From contig CALRBD010000001.1 of NCBI GenBank assembly GCA_943353855.1, forward strand, positions 1 to 58,549: a stretch of DNA of 58,549 bases, read 5' to 3'. This stretch comes from an uncultured Candidatus Saccharimonas sp. (GTDB lineage Bacteria > Patescibacteriota > Saccharimonadia > Saccharimonadales > AWTP1-31). A program made the position numbers and the translations under genes. The notes below the pieces were generated by a model. That model saw only the letters and a program-made list of their open reading frames with translations, did no database searches and was not told the DNA's origin. Positions 29,642 through 38,962 of the stretch are shown piece after piece (the stretch's first letter is position 1; every line of letters starts with the position of its first letter).

Positions 29642-29714
29642 TTAATGTTAATTTCCTGATGTATAATTTGATTATTCTTTATGGTTCGCGGGACGACCTT
29701 TATACTAGAAGGTA

Positions 29715-32700
29715 ATGACAGAGGCAAATAAACTAACTCCTGATTCGTATGTCCATCTTCATAATCATACGCACTACAGCCTACTAGATGGGCTAACTAA
29801 AGTTCCACAACTCATAGAGCATATAAAAAGAGACGGTATGCACAGCGTGGCTATTACTGACCACGGAACAATGTCCGGGGCAGTAGAATTTTATAAAGCT
29901 GCGAAAGCGGAGGGCATAAAGCCAATTATTGGCATGGAGACCTACGTTGCACCCCGAGCCCATACTGATCGTGATGCCACCAAGGATAAGACCCCATTTC
30001 ACCTCATACTGCTGGCAATGAATAATAAGGGCTATCAGAACTTAATGCAATTAAGTACGATTGCCAACCTACAAGGCTTCTACTATAAGCCCAGGGTAGA
30101 TCACGCATTACTTGAAAAATACAACGAGGGCATTATTGTTCTCAGCGGCTGTATTGGTGGTGAAATAGGTAATGCTCTTCGCAATAACCAATACGAACAG
30201 GCTAAGGCAACAGCACAGTGGTACAAGAAAGTGTTTGGCGATCGTTATTACATAGAAATACAGGATCATGGACATAAAGATCACCCAAATGTTTGGGATG
30301 AACAAATAGGAGTTACTGAGCAAAGTCTTAAGCTAGCCAAAGAACTTAATATACCCTGTGTCCTTACGTGTGACGCTCATTATCTTACACATAAAGACAA
30401 ACAAGCCCATGAACTTCTGCTATGCGTACAAACAGGTTCGTATTTAAGCGACGAAAAGAGAATGAGCCTAGCCAACTTTGACCTACACGTCACCAATCCT
30501 AAGGAAATTATTTCCCGTTGGGGTACTGAGCATCCAGATCTAATCACTGAAACTTCTAAAGTTGCTGAGCGTTGTGACGTAGAACTTGAGCTTGGCGGTA
30601 TATTAATTCCTAAATTTCCTGTACCGCCCGAAGAAACTGAAAGCTCTTATCTGCATAAGCTTGTGTACCGCGGTCTTGCTTGGAGGTATGGCGGAATCAG
30701 TCTAGAGGACTCCAAAAAATTAACAATACCTATAGCTAAAAAAACTCTACCTAAGGATGTAATGAAGCGAACCGAGTACGAGCTCGGAGTTATTCAAAGT
30801 ATGGGCTTTAACGGATACTTTCTTATCGTTGCCGATTTCATTAACTGGGGTAAGAACAGTGGCATAGTCTTTGGTCCTGGTCGTGGATCTGCCGCTGGCT
30901 CTATTATTGCCTATGCAATGCGCATCACTGAATTAGACCCACTACGTTATGATCTTCTGTTTGAGCGGTTTTTAAACCCTGACCGTATAAGCATGCCCGA
31001 CGTCGATATCGATATCCAAGATACGCGTCGAGATGAGGTAATACAATACTGTGTAGAAAAATACGGATCCGAAAGGGTAGCAAATATAGTCACGTTTGGA
31101 AAAATGGCTGCTCGTAATGCGGTTCGAGACGTAGCTCGAGTGCTTGAAGTTCCGTATTCTGATGCCGACAGGCTATCTAAAATGATTCCACCTCCAGTGC
31201 AAGGCAGGCATATTCTGCTTAAAGATTCGTTATTAAAAGACCCTGACTTAAAAGAAGAATATGCCACAAATGAACAAAGTAAAAAAATATTTGATCTTGC
31301 CGTTCAGCTTGAAGGTACAATTCGAAGTCATGGAGTACACGCCGCTGGAGTTGTTATTGCGCCAGACGATATTGTTAAATTCGCTCCTCTTGAAATGGCT
31401 CAAAAAGGAGTTGTTTCAACTCAGTATTCTATGGGCCCAGTTGAAGAACTCGGACTGCTTAAAATGGACTTCCTGGGACTCTCTAACTTAACGATTATTA
31501 AAAACACCCTACGTGTCGTTAAGAAGGTTAATCAAATAGACATAGATATAGCTACGATACCCCTAGATGATAAAAAAACATTCGAGCTTTTACAACGAGG
31601 GGATACTACCGGAGTATTTCAGCTAGAATCGGCAGGTATGAAGCGCTATCTTAAAGAGCTGGCACCTACGAAATTTGATGATATTATCGCTATGGTTGCT
31701 TTATACCGACCAGGGCCAATGCAATTTATTGATGACTTTATCGCTCGCAGGCATGGAAAGAAAGCTGTTACATACGAGCACGAAGGCCTAAAGTCCGCTC
31801 TTTCAGAAACCTACGGGATTCTTGTATACCAGGAACAGTTCATGCAGATTAGTAAAGATATGTGTGGGTTCACTGGTGGCCAAGCAGATACTCTACGAAA
31901 AGCTATTGGTAAAAAACAACGTGAAACCATGGCTAAAATGAAGAGGGCCTTTATAGATGGAATGGTTGAGCATAGCAAAGTCCCTAAGTCATTTGCTGAT
32001 AAATTTTGGGCACAACTTGAAGCTTTTGCTGACTACTGTTTTAACAAGAGTCACTCAGCATGTTATGGTCTCATTGCATATCAAACGGCTTATTTGAAAG
32101 CTCACTATCCAGAAGCATTCATGGCCGCGTTAATGACTAGTGATTACGATAATATAGATCGTCTAGCAATTGAAATATCTGAATGTAACAACATGGGAAT
32201 AAAAGTATTATCACCTAATGTTAACGAATCGTTTGTTGAGTTTTCCGTAGTCCCGGGTAAGCAAGAAATTAGATTTGGTATGGCTGCAATTAAAAACGTA
32301 GGCACGGCAGCAGTAGAAGAAATACTAAGAGCACGCGAAGAAAAGGTATTCAGCTCAATCGAAGACTTCTTCTCACGCGTTAATTCGCGAATTGTGAACC
32401 GTAAGTCCATAGATAGCCTTATTAAGGCTGGAGCGTTCGATACATGGGGATCCCGAACTATGCTGCTGCATAACGTTGAAACTCTCCTCGCTTTTTCTAA
32501 CAGAATTCAAAAGGAAAAGGCTAGCGGACAAACCGATCTATTCGGATCACTAATTGAGGCCTCGCAAGAAGCTACGCCTATGTTAAATCTTGTTGACGTC
32601 GCTGAAGAGATAAGTGTACGCGAACAATTACAGTGGGAACGTGAATTACTTGGTTTGTATATATCATCCCACCCATTAGAAGACTATAAGATATGGCTAT

Positions 32701-33347
32701 CCGAGCAGACAATTCCAATTAATCAACTTACTCCTGATCTTCACAATAAAGCTGCAACAGTTGGAGGCGTAGTTCTTGAATCAAGAGAAATACTAACTAA
32801 GAAGGGCCAAAAGATGGCTTTTGCTAAGATCGCTGATGAATTTGGCGAAATGGAATTAATACTCTTCCCGGGAGTCTATGAAAAGAGTAATGACCTTTGG
32901 AAGCGCGACGCTATTGTGATTTTAACAGGCAAAATATCAGGCCAAGACCGTGAAGGTAATGTATCTGCGTCCGTGCAAATCCTAGTTGATTCTGCTCGTG
33001 AGGTTACTCATTCGGAAGTTAAGAACTACTTGCCTAATATGAAAAAGATTAAAGCTCCAAAAATTGTTAAACCAAAAATTAAAAAACAAAAAGTTGATAC
33101 AGAAAAAAAAGAAGAAATTGTAGATAAGAGACTCTATATCAAGCTTCCAGTAAAATATGACCAAAGCGTACTACTGTCCTTGAAAGAAGCTATTGATTTA
33201 GCTCCAGGATCCACAGAAGTAGTATTAGTTATCGGTGAAGGTGAGCAGCGTCAGATTATTAAATTGCCAATGATGATATCCAGTAAGACAGAGAACCACG
33301 ATACAATTAAGGCCCTAGTAGGATCTAGTAACGTAAAGTTGCAGTAG
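29715..33347 (+). CDS. dnaE: DNA polymerase III alpha subunit
   Basis: PHP domain HLHNHTHYSLLDG, polymerase core (PDVDIDI), OB fold and a C-terminal extension. Confidence 0.95.
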   Translation: MTEANKLTPDSYVHLHNHTHYSLLDGLTKVPQLIEHIKRDGMHSVAITDHGTMSGAVEFYKAAKAEGIKPIIGMETYVAPRAHTDRDATKDKTPFHLILLAMNNKGYQNLMQLSTIANLQGFYYKPRVDHALLEKYNEGIIVLSGCIGGEIGNALRNNQYEQAKATAQWYKKVFGDRYYIEIQDHGHKDHPNVWDEQIGVTEQSLKLAKELNIPCVLTCDAHYLTHKDKQAHELLLCVQTGSYLSDEKRMSLANFDLHVTNPKEIISRWGTEHPDLITETSKVAERCDVELELGGILIPKFPVPPEETESSYLHKLVYRGLAWRYGGISLEDSKKLTIPIAKKTLPKDVMKRTEYELGVIQSMGFNGYFLIVADFINWGKNSGIVFGPGRGSAAGSIIAYAMRITELDPLRYDLLFERFLNPDRISMPDVDIDIQDTRRDEVIQYCVEKYGSERVANIVTFGKMAARNAVRDVARVLEVPYSDADRLSKMIPPPVQGRHILLKDSLLKDPDLKEEYATNEQSKKIFDLAVQLEGTIRSHGVHAAGVVIAPDDIVKFAPLEMAQKGVVSTQYSMGPVEELGLLKMDFLGLSNLTIIKNTLRVVKKVNQIDIDIATIPLDDKKTFELLQRGDTTGVFQLESAGMKRYLKELAPTKFDDIIAMVALYRPGPMQFIDDFIARRHGKKAVTYEHEGLKSALSETYGILVYQEQFMQISKDMCGFTGGQADTLRKAIGKKQRETMAKMKRAFIDGMVEHSKVPKSFADKFWAQLEAFADYCFNKSHSACYGLIAYQTAYLKAHYPEAFMAALMTSDYDNIDRLAIEISECNNMGIKVLSPNVNESFVEFSVVPGKQEIRFGMAAIKNVGTAAVEEILRAREEKVFSSIEDFFSRVNSRIVNRKSIDSLIKAGAFDTWGSRTMLLHNVETLLAFSNRIQKEKASGQTDLFGSLIEASQEATPMLNLVDVAEEISVREQLQWERELLGLYISSHPLEDYKIWLSEQTIPINQLTPDLHNKAATVGGVVLESREILTKKGQKMAFAKIADEFGEMELILFPGVYEKSNDLWKRDAIVILTGKISGQDREGNVSASVQILVDSAREVTHSEVKNYLPNMKKIKAPKIVKPKIKKQKVDTEKKEEIVDKRLYIKLPVKYDQSVLLSLKEAIDLAPGSTEVVLVIGEGEQRQIIKLPMMISSKTENHDTIKALVGSSNVKLQ

Positions 33348-33350
33348 TCG

Positions 33351-34388
33351 TTAGAGCACTTTCATGACAATCTGACTAGCGATTGCATAAAAGACCACGA
33401 AGGCAATTATTGTTACATCAAACAATTTATTCTTTAGCAAGAACTTCTTTCCTTTGGTGGCGTACTGGTGAACCGAATATCCATGCTTCGTAATAAGTAA
33501 AGCGCCACCACTAAGGGCTATTACAAACAAAGTACTTAAGAGCCAAGGCATACTCTTGTTTGTTGTAGCTTCAATCCTTGATACTGACTTTGGCTCTGGA
33601 GTTAATGTTGGCGGAGTAGTAGTAGAAGAGCTTTTTGTTGAATCATTCTGATCAGCGGTCGCCTGTGTTTCAGCTGCTGGCGTAGTTGAGGTTGTTGTTG
33701 GAGTTGTTGCTGGTGTAGCTGCAGTGGTTGCTGGCTTAACGACGGATGGAGCAGGAGTAGTAGCTAGAGGAGATGCGTACATTGCTACTACAATAGTTTG
33801 TTGACCTAGATTCTGGTATGAAGGAGCGTTTGCGATTCCGAATCCTACTTCAGTAAATCGACTGTTGAGTAAGTTCTCCTTGTGGCTAGGGCTTGCCATC
33901 CAACCATCCATAACACCTATCTCATTTGTTGCAGGATTAGTATTAGTTATTCTGTATCCAAACGCCAAGTTCTCTCCAGCAATACTGTAGATATAACCGG
34001 CGTTAGTAATGAAAATCCACGGTGCAGTTCCTTCAGGTGTATTATGCGACCAGTAATCTCTTGTTGCCATATCATTTGCTTTGTTTTGAGCAGCTTTAGT
34101 CAACTTATCGTTATACGTCAAGGCTCCGACTCCTGCAGCTGCACGTTTCTGATTCGTTGCGTTAACGAGTGAGTTGCTGCCAATATCAGTAGCGTAAGCC
34201 AGTACTTCAGATTTTGTAGATCGCTGTACAGAATTAGACTGAGGCTTTATTAGCCAGATACTTAAGAATATAAGCGTAATAATAGGAATATATGGTGTAT
34301 ATACCTTTAAGAAATGACCAGTACGTTTCTGGTGTTCTCCTTGTCTTTTTCTGTGTCCATGAACTGCTTTTTTTGTTTGATGTTTCAC
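33351..34388 (-). CDS. CAP/SCP (YkwD-like) domain surface protein with a Thr/Pro-rich linker and hydrophobic segments at both ends
   Basis: Basic N-terminus and TM helix, CAP-domain motifs (YWSHNTPEG, MDGWMASPSHKENL), TTPAPS...TTTPPTLTPEP linker and two C-terminal hydrophobic helices. GTG start. Confidence 0.7.
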   Translation of the reverse strand: MKHQTKKAVHGHRKRQGEHQKRTGHFLKVYTPYIPIITLIFLSIWLIKPQSNSVQRSTKSEVLAYATDIGSNSLVNATNQKRAAAGVGALTYNDKLTKAAQNKANDMATRDYWSHNTPEGTAPWIFITNAGYIYSIAGENLAFGYRITNTNPATNEIGVMDGWMASPSHKENLLNSRFTEVGFGIANAPSYQNLGQQTIVVAMYASPLATTPAPSVVKPATTAATPATTPTTTSTTPAAETQATADQNDSTKSSSTTTPPTLTPEPKSVSRIEATTNKSMPWLLSTLFVIALSGGALLITKHGYSVHQYATKGKKFLLKNKLFDVTIIAFVVFYAIASQIVMKVL

Positions 34389-34428
34389 TGTTAACAGTAT
34401 AATCAGAATATAACAAAAACGCTATAGC

Positions 34429-34929
34429 TTATGACAGGTTAGATAACGTATATAGACAGATAGCAGCCGCTTGTACAACATTAAACGACTCTTTTGAGCC
34501 TTTCATGGGTATTTCTATTATTTGATCGGCATATTCCAGTTCTTCTTTTGAAAGACCTTCGCGCTCACTTCCTAACAATAATGCGATATTATCCGGCCTA
34601 TTGGTATATTCAGAGAGAAGAATGCTTTTATCGTTCTGCTCTAAGGCAACAATTTTGTATCCATCTTCTTTTAGTTTTTGTACGGCTTGTTCAAGAGTAT
34701 CTTCATGTCTCCATTTCACTGAATGCTCGGCTCCAAGAGCTGTCTTATGAATTTGCGAATCTAGTTTTTTTGCAAGATGAGGCAATCGTTCGTCGTTATC
34801 TTTTGCTGGATATGCAGTATAACCGCTGAGGCATACTAGATCTACGCCAAGACCATCTGCAGTACGCAGCAAAGAGCCTACGTTGTGGATACTTCTCATG
34901 TTATGTGCAATAACAGCTAATTTGGTCAT
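34429..34929 (-). CDS. SpoU/TrmH-family RNA 2'-O-methyltransferase
   Basis: IHNVGSLLRTADGLG and IPMKGSKESFNVVQAAAICLY SPOUT motifs. Confidence 0.85.
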   Translation of the reverse strand: MTKLAVIAHNMRSIHNVGSLLRTADGLGVDLVCLSGYTAYPAKDNDERLPHLAKKLDSQIHKTALGAEHSVKWRHEDTLEQAVQKLKEDGYKIVALEQNDKSILLSEYTNRPDNIALLLGSEREGLSKEELEYADQIIEIPMKGSKESFNVVQAAAICLYTLSNLS

Positions 34930-34935
34930 AGATTA

Positions 34936-34941
34936 ATACTA
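34936..34941 (-). promoter_or_regulatory. -10 box of the SpoU methyltransferase gene (leaderless configuration)
   Basis: The minus strand reads TAGTAT preceded by TG, ending 6 nt before ATG 34929. Confidence 0.45.
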
Positions 34942-35009
34942 CACACAGAAGCTTTTTGTTCATAATTAAATAATATGTCATTATATAATTTCAGCGTTTT
35001 AACTGCTTG

Positions 35010-35018
35010 TGGTTAAAT
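35010..35018 (+). promoter_or_regulatory. extended -10 promoter of the PilB/GspE ATPase gene (leaderless configuration)
   Basis: TGgTTAAAT ending 7 nt before ATG 35026. Confidence 0.5.
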
Positions 35019-35025
35019 AGATGTA

Positions 35026-36630
35026 ATGACAGTAGATATTCGAATTACAGAAGAGATAACTACAGAAAAACGAGCCGGTATATTAGGCTTGGAATATACT
35101 GATACCACAAAAATTACAGACAAAAGATTATTCCCTCAGCTTCTAAATAAAGAAGACATGTACGCAATGCGTGTAATCCCTCTAGAATATAGCAAAAATG
35201 GGATAGTATTTGGTATCACGACAACTACTTCACAGCAGACTATGAAGAGGCTTACTCAGCAATTTTTAGATCACAGAGTCTCATATAAACTTATTTCTGA
35301 AACTGGCTATAACGACTACATGAAGTTATACGATCCCCCCAAGAAGGTAGTTTATAAAGACATTACAATATCTAATGATTCACAGACCGACCTAATATCA
35401 CAGGTCACAGCTACGCTTGATCAGATACGTGCAGACGACATGTTAGCCTATTTAACAAGCCAGGCTCATAAACTTGGTGCTTCGGACATACACGTAGAGA
35501 ATCAACCCTCATTTGTACGTATACGCATCAGGATAGACGGTGTCTTGCATCCAATTGCTAAAATTACCCACGAGCGTTCGCGCATGCTTACATCTTCAAT
35601 AGCAAGTGCGGCTAATATATCAACATCCTCAAATACGTCACAACAGGGTCACATTACTCAAAAAGTAGTAATGGCAGACAAATCAGTTGTTAATATAAAC
35701 CTCCGTGTTGAATCGGTGCCTGCAATTAACGGCATGGATATAGTGATGCGTCTGTTTAACATGGAAGCAAGCAACTATACGCTTGATCGACTAGGCTTAA
35801 ACTCAATTGAAAGATCTGTCGTAGATAATATTATTAAAAAACCAAACGGCCTAGTACTCGCTGTTGGTCCTACCGGGTCTGGTAAAACGACTACTCTTTA
35901 CTCCATGCTCAATACCCTAAATATAGAGACTCGAAAAATAATCACTATTGAAGATCCAGTTGAATATCAATTCGATGGTATTACTCAGATCTCAGTAACA
36001 AGTGAAACGGGTGACGAAACTCATTTTGCAGATAAGCTGCGTGCCGTACTTCGTCTTGATCCAGATGTCGTGATGGTTGGTGAGATACGTGACAATGACA
36101 CGGCAAAAACTGCCCTCCAGGCATCGCTTACTGGACACCTAGTGCTATCTACTTTTCACGCAGGTTCTTCTGCACAAGCCCTCACTAGGATGGTAGACAT
36201 TATTGGACAAAATCCTTTATTTACATCTGCTATACGTCTCATTATGGCGCAACGTTTAGTCCGTAAGTTAGATAATGATACGAAAATACCATACGAACCA
36301 GATGAAGCTACCAAAAAACAAATCAGCGATATTATTCAGACTCTTCCTGCAATATATATGAAACCCGATATATCAAACTTAAAATTGTATAAGCCAGGAA
36401 GCTCAAAAGAAAATCCTTTTGGCTATAAGGGTCAAATTGCAATTCGTGAACAAATGGTTATGAGTGATGCACTTAGAACGCTGCTCAGTAAGCCGAGCGC
36501 AGAAATTACTAGCCAGCTGATCGAAAGTACAGCAGTCGAAGCTGGCATGCTTACGATGCTACATAGTGCTGTATTTAAACTACTATCAGGCGAGACAACT
36601 TACGACGAAGTATTCCGTGTTCTCGGCTAA
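35026..36630 (+). CDS. type IV pilus / type II secretion assembly ATPase (GspE/PilB family)
   Basis: T2SSE N-terminal domain, Walker A GPTGSGKTTT, Asp box, Walker B (VVMVGEIRD) and His box (LVLSTFHA). Confidence 0.88.
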   Translation: MTVDIRITEEITTEKRAGILGLEYTDTTKITDKRLFPQLLNKEDMYAMRVIPLEYSKNGIVFGITTTTSQQTMKRLTQQFLDHRVSYKLISETGYNDYMKLYDPPKKVVYKDITISNDSQTDLISQVTATLDQIRADDMLAYLTSQAHKLGASDIHVENQPSFVRIRIRIDGVLHPIAKITHERSRMLTSSIASAANISTSSNTSQQGHITQKVVMADKSVVNINLRVESVPAINGMDIVMRLFNMEASNYTLDRLGLNSIERSVVDNIIKKPNGLVLAVGPTGSGKTTTLYSMLNTLNIETRKIITIEDPVEYQFDGITQISVTSETGDETHFADKLRAVLRLDPDVVMVGEIRDNDTAKTALQASLTGHLVLSTFHAGSSAQALTRMVDIIGQNPLFTSAIRLIMAQRLVRKLDNDTKIPYEPDEATKKQISDIIQTLPAIYMKPDISNLKLYKPGSSKENPFGYKGQIAIREQMVMSDALRTLLSKPSAEITSQLIESTAVEAGMLTMLHSAVFKLLSGETTYDEVFRVLG

Positions 36631-36633
36631 GTA

Positions 36634-37767
36634 TTACACAATAACTTTAGCTATAGCAGGGACTAGTCGTTCATCAAGTGTGCTCGGTATGATGTTAACT
36701 CTACTTGGATTTTCGACAAGTGAAGCAATGACATTCGCTGCATCAAGCTTGTGTTTCTCAGTTATTTCTTTAACACGATTATCTAGAGCGCCTCTAAAGA
36801 TTCCTGGAAATGCAATTGAATTATTAACTTGGTTTGGGAAATCACTCCGTCCAGTAGCCATTACTGCAACACCAGCTGCTTGAGCTTCATCAGGCATGAT
36901 TTCTGGAATTGGATTAGCCATTGCAAATACTATAGGGTCAGTATTCATTGACTGGACCATTTCTTTAGTTAGTAGTCCTGCTTTTGAAACTCCAATAAAA
37001 ATATCTGAACCACGTAATGCGTCGGAAAGAGATCCCGATTCGCTATTTGGGTTAGTAATTTTTAATAGTTCTTTCTTATCATCATTAAGGTCATTCCTAT
37101 TTGAACTAATAATACCCTTACTGTCTACCGCAAGAATGTTTGGATTTCCGTATGCTCGTATGAGCTTCATTATTGCTGTTCCTGCTGCACCGGCTCCAAC
37201 ACATACGATCTTACAGTCATCAAGTGTCTTGCTAGTTACCTTAAGAGCATTAATGAGTCCTGCGAGCACTACGATGGCTGTACCATGCTGATCATCGTGA
37301 AAGACGGGAATAGATAACTTTGCTTTTAGTCTTTCTTCAACCTCAAAGCATATTGGTGCTGCTATGTCTTCGAGATTAATGCCGCCAAAGCTCGGCGCTA
37401 TTGCACTAACTGCTGCAACGATTTCATCCGCTGTGTGCACATTAAGTACGATAGGAACCGCATCAATATCTGCAAAATGTTTGAAAAGCATAGATTTACC
37501 TTCCATCACGGGGAGCGCTCCAATGGGGCCAAGATTTCCAAGGCCAAGCACAGCTGATCCGTCGCTTACTACAGCTACAGAGTTATTGGTCCAAGTATAG
37601 TCACGTGCCTCTTCAGGATGTTCAGCAACATATGTACTGACTGCAGCTACACCCGGGGTATAGTAGATACTCATTTTTTCAACAGAGTCGAGCGTATCTT
37701 TGAGCGCGATACCTATCTTGCCTTTAAGTTCTTTATGTCGATTGAGTGCTTTAGAGTTATTATCCAT
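36634..37767 (-). CDS. maeA: NAD(P)-dependent malic enzyme
   Basis: Malic-enzyme N-terminal and NAD-binding domains (VVSDGSAVLGLGN, FHDDQHGTAIV, GAGAAG). ATG 37767 is chosen because TATAAT lies 6 nt upstream. Confidence 0.9.
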   Translation of the reverse strand: MDNNSKALNRHKELKGKIGIALKDTLDSVEKMSIYYTPGVAAVSTYVAEHPEEARDYTWTNNSVAVVSDGSAVLGLGNLGPIGALPVMEGKSMLFKHFADIDAVPIVLNVHTADEIVAAVSAIAPSFGGINLEDIAAPICFEVEERLKAKLSIPVFHDDQHGTAIVVLAGLINALKVTSKTLDDCKIVCVGAGAAGTAIMKLIRAYGNPNILAVDSKGIISSNRNDLNDDKKELLKITNPNSESGSLSDALRGSDIFIGVSKAGLLTKEMVQSMNTDPIVFAMANPIPEIMPDEAQAAGVAVMATGRSDFPNQVNNSIAFPGIFRGALDNRVKEITEKHKLDAANVIASLVENPSRVNIIPSTLDERLVPAIAKVIV

Positions 37768-37773
37768 ACGATT

Positions 37774-37779
37774 ATTATA
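37774..37779 (-). promoter_or_regulatory. -10 box of the malic enzyme gene (leaderless configuration)
   Basis: The minus strand reads TATAAT, ending 6 nt before ATG 37767. Confidence 0.5.
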
Positions 37780-37836
37780 CCTGATGAGCGTATAAAAATG
37801 CATGAAACATGTATTTTACTTTTATTCTAAATAGAC

Positions 37837-37866
37837 TTGACTCCACCCCTGGTAGTAGTGTAGAAT
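37837..37866 (+). promoter_or_regulatory. sigma70-type promoter of rplS
   Basis: TTGACT-18 nt-TAGAAT. The -10 ends 9 nt before ATG 37876. Confidence 0.55.
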
Positions 37867-37875
37867 TTAATGATT

Positions 37876-38316
37876 ATGCCATCAATAACTAAACAAATCG
37901 AAGATAAATACAAGAAACACGCCGTAGTTGACGTCCGACCTGGTGATACTGTAAAAGTTCATCAAAAGATTAAAGAAGGCGCTAAAGAGCGTGTTCAGAT
38001 CTTCGAAGGTCTCGTAATCCGTGTATCTAAAAAGGGAAGTCTTTCTTCTACTATCGTCGTAAGACGTGTAGCTGGCGGACTAGGTGTTGAGAAATCATAC
38101 CTTCTACATTCACCTCTAGTAGTTAAGATTGAGGTTACTAAGCGTAGTAAAGTACGTCGTAACTATCTTACTTACATGCGTGCTCGTACCGGTAAAGCAG
38201 CTCGACTTACGGGTGTTGCATTTGACAGTGCAATCAACGATCTTCCTGAAGAGCCTAAAGTTGAAGCTCCTGTAGAGGAATCTGCAGAAAAAGAAGAAAA
38301 AGCTCCAGAAGCATAA
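37876..38316 (+). CDS. rplS: 50S ribosomal protein L19 with an acidic C-terminal tail
   Basis: RPGDTVKVH.KIKEG.KERVQIFEGLVI core. The tail is PEEPKVEAPVEESAEKEEKAPEA. Confidence 0.9.
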   Translation: MPSITKQIEDKYKKHAVVDVRPGDTVKVHQKIKEGAKERVQIFEGLVIRVSKKGSLSSTIVVRRVAGGLGVEKSYLLHSPLVVKIEVTKRSKVRRNYLTYMRARTGKAARLTGVAFDSAINDLPEEPKVEAPVEESAEKEEKAPEA

Positions 38317-38342
38317 AAAACAATATACTTTTGCTATATATA

Positions 38343-38368
38343 ATACCGCCAATAAAGGCGGTATTTTT
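38343..38368 (+). terminator. Rho-independent terminator after rplS
   Basis: ATACCGCC-AATAAA-GGCGGTAT followed by TTTT. It is followed immediately by the rnhB extended -10. Confidence 0.7.
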
Positions 38369-38376
38369 GTTAGAAT
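38368..38376 (+). promoter_or_regulatory. extended -10 promoter of rnhB (leaderless configuration)
   Basis: TGtTAGAAT ending 8 nt before ATG 38385. It abuts the rplS terminator T-run. Confidence 0.55.
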
Positions 38377-38384
38377 ATAGTTAT

Positions 38385-38957
38385 ATGAAAACAATCGGCG
38401 TTGATGAAGTTGGTAGGGGGTGTCTTGCGGGACCTGTTGCCGCAGCAGCAGTATTGCTCGATGAGAGTTCTATTGCAGCATTATCTGGCCTGCATCTTAC
38501 CGATTCTAAAGCTATGACTAAGCTACAGCGCGAAAAGGCTTATGCAATTATCACGAAAACTGCGCTTGCATACGGAGTTGGCTGGGTCTTTCCAGCAGAG
38601 ATCGATAAGAACGGACTTACTGAAGCGGTTCGTAGTGCAATGAAGCAAGCAGTAAGCGCAATCACAGAATATTATGATGAAATTATTATCGATGGAAATT
38701 ACAATTTTCTTAAAGACGTACCTAAAACAAGAACACTTATTAAAGCTGATCTAACTGAAATTTCAGTGAGCGCAGCAAGTGTAGTCGCTAAAGTTGAGCG
38801 TGACAAATATATGAAAGAACAATCACTTATTCACGTCGGTTACGGATTTGATGCGCACGTCGGTTACGGCACATTGGTTCATATGAAGGCGCTTCAGGAA
38901 CTTGGTCCCTGCATTTTACATAGAAGAAGTGTAAAACCTGTTGCTGCCCTGAGCTAA
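38385..38957 (+). CDS. rnhB: ribonuclease HII
   Basis: GVDEVGRGCLAGPV active-site motif at the N-terminus when started at ATG 38385. Confidence 0.9.
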   Translation: MKTIGVDEVGRGCLAGPVAAAAVLLDESSIAALSGLHLTDSKAMTKLQREKAYAIITKTALAYGVGWVFPAEIDKNGLTEAVRSAMKQAVSAITEYYDEIIIDGNYNFLKDVPKTRTLIKADLTEISVSAASVVAKVERDKYMKEQSLIHVGYGFDAHVGYGTLVHMKALQELGPCILHRRSVKPVAALS

Positions 38958-38962
38958 TAAAG

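Noticed and set aside
29685-29692. Shared GC-rich 8-mer TTCGCGGG upstream of dnaE (29685-29692) and in the pepN/nusA intergenic region (41548-41555) as a common regulator site.
   Set aside because: There are only two copies, at different positions relative to the respective promoters, with no dyad symmetry. This is too little evidence.
29683-29705. Weak hairpin GGTTCG-CGGGA-CGACC followed by TTTAT, as a terminator of the YtxH operon before dnaE.
   Set aside because: The stem is only 5 bp with a bulge and the T-tract is poor. It overlaps the candidate dnaE -10 (TATACT 29701-29706).
33040-33130. Lys-rich segment (KKIKAPKIVKPKIKKQKVDTEKKEE) and C-terminal extension in DnaE as a novel domain.
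   Set aside because: It looks like a flexible linker preceding a C-terminal module seen in many DnaE proteins. I cannot establish novelty without alignments.
35026-36630. The PilB/GspE ATPase as the marker of a pilus or secretion gene cluster in this window.
   Set aside because: No pilC/pilM-Q/pilin or gspF genes flank it. Its neighbours are a SpoU methyltransferase and malic enzyme, so it is an orphan ATPase here.
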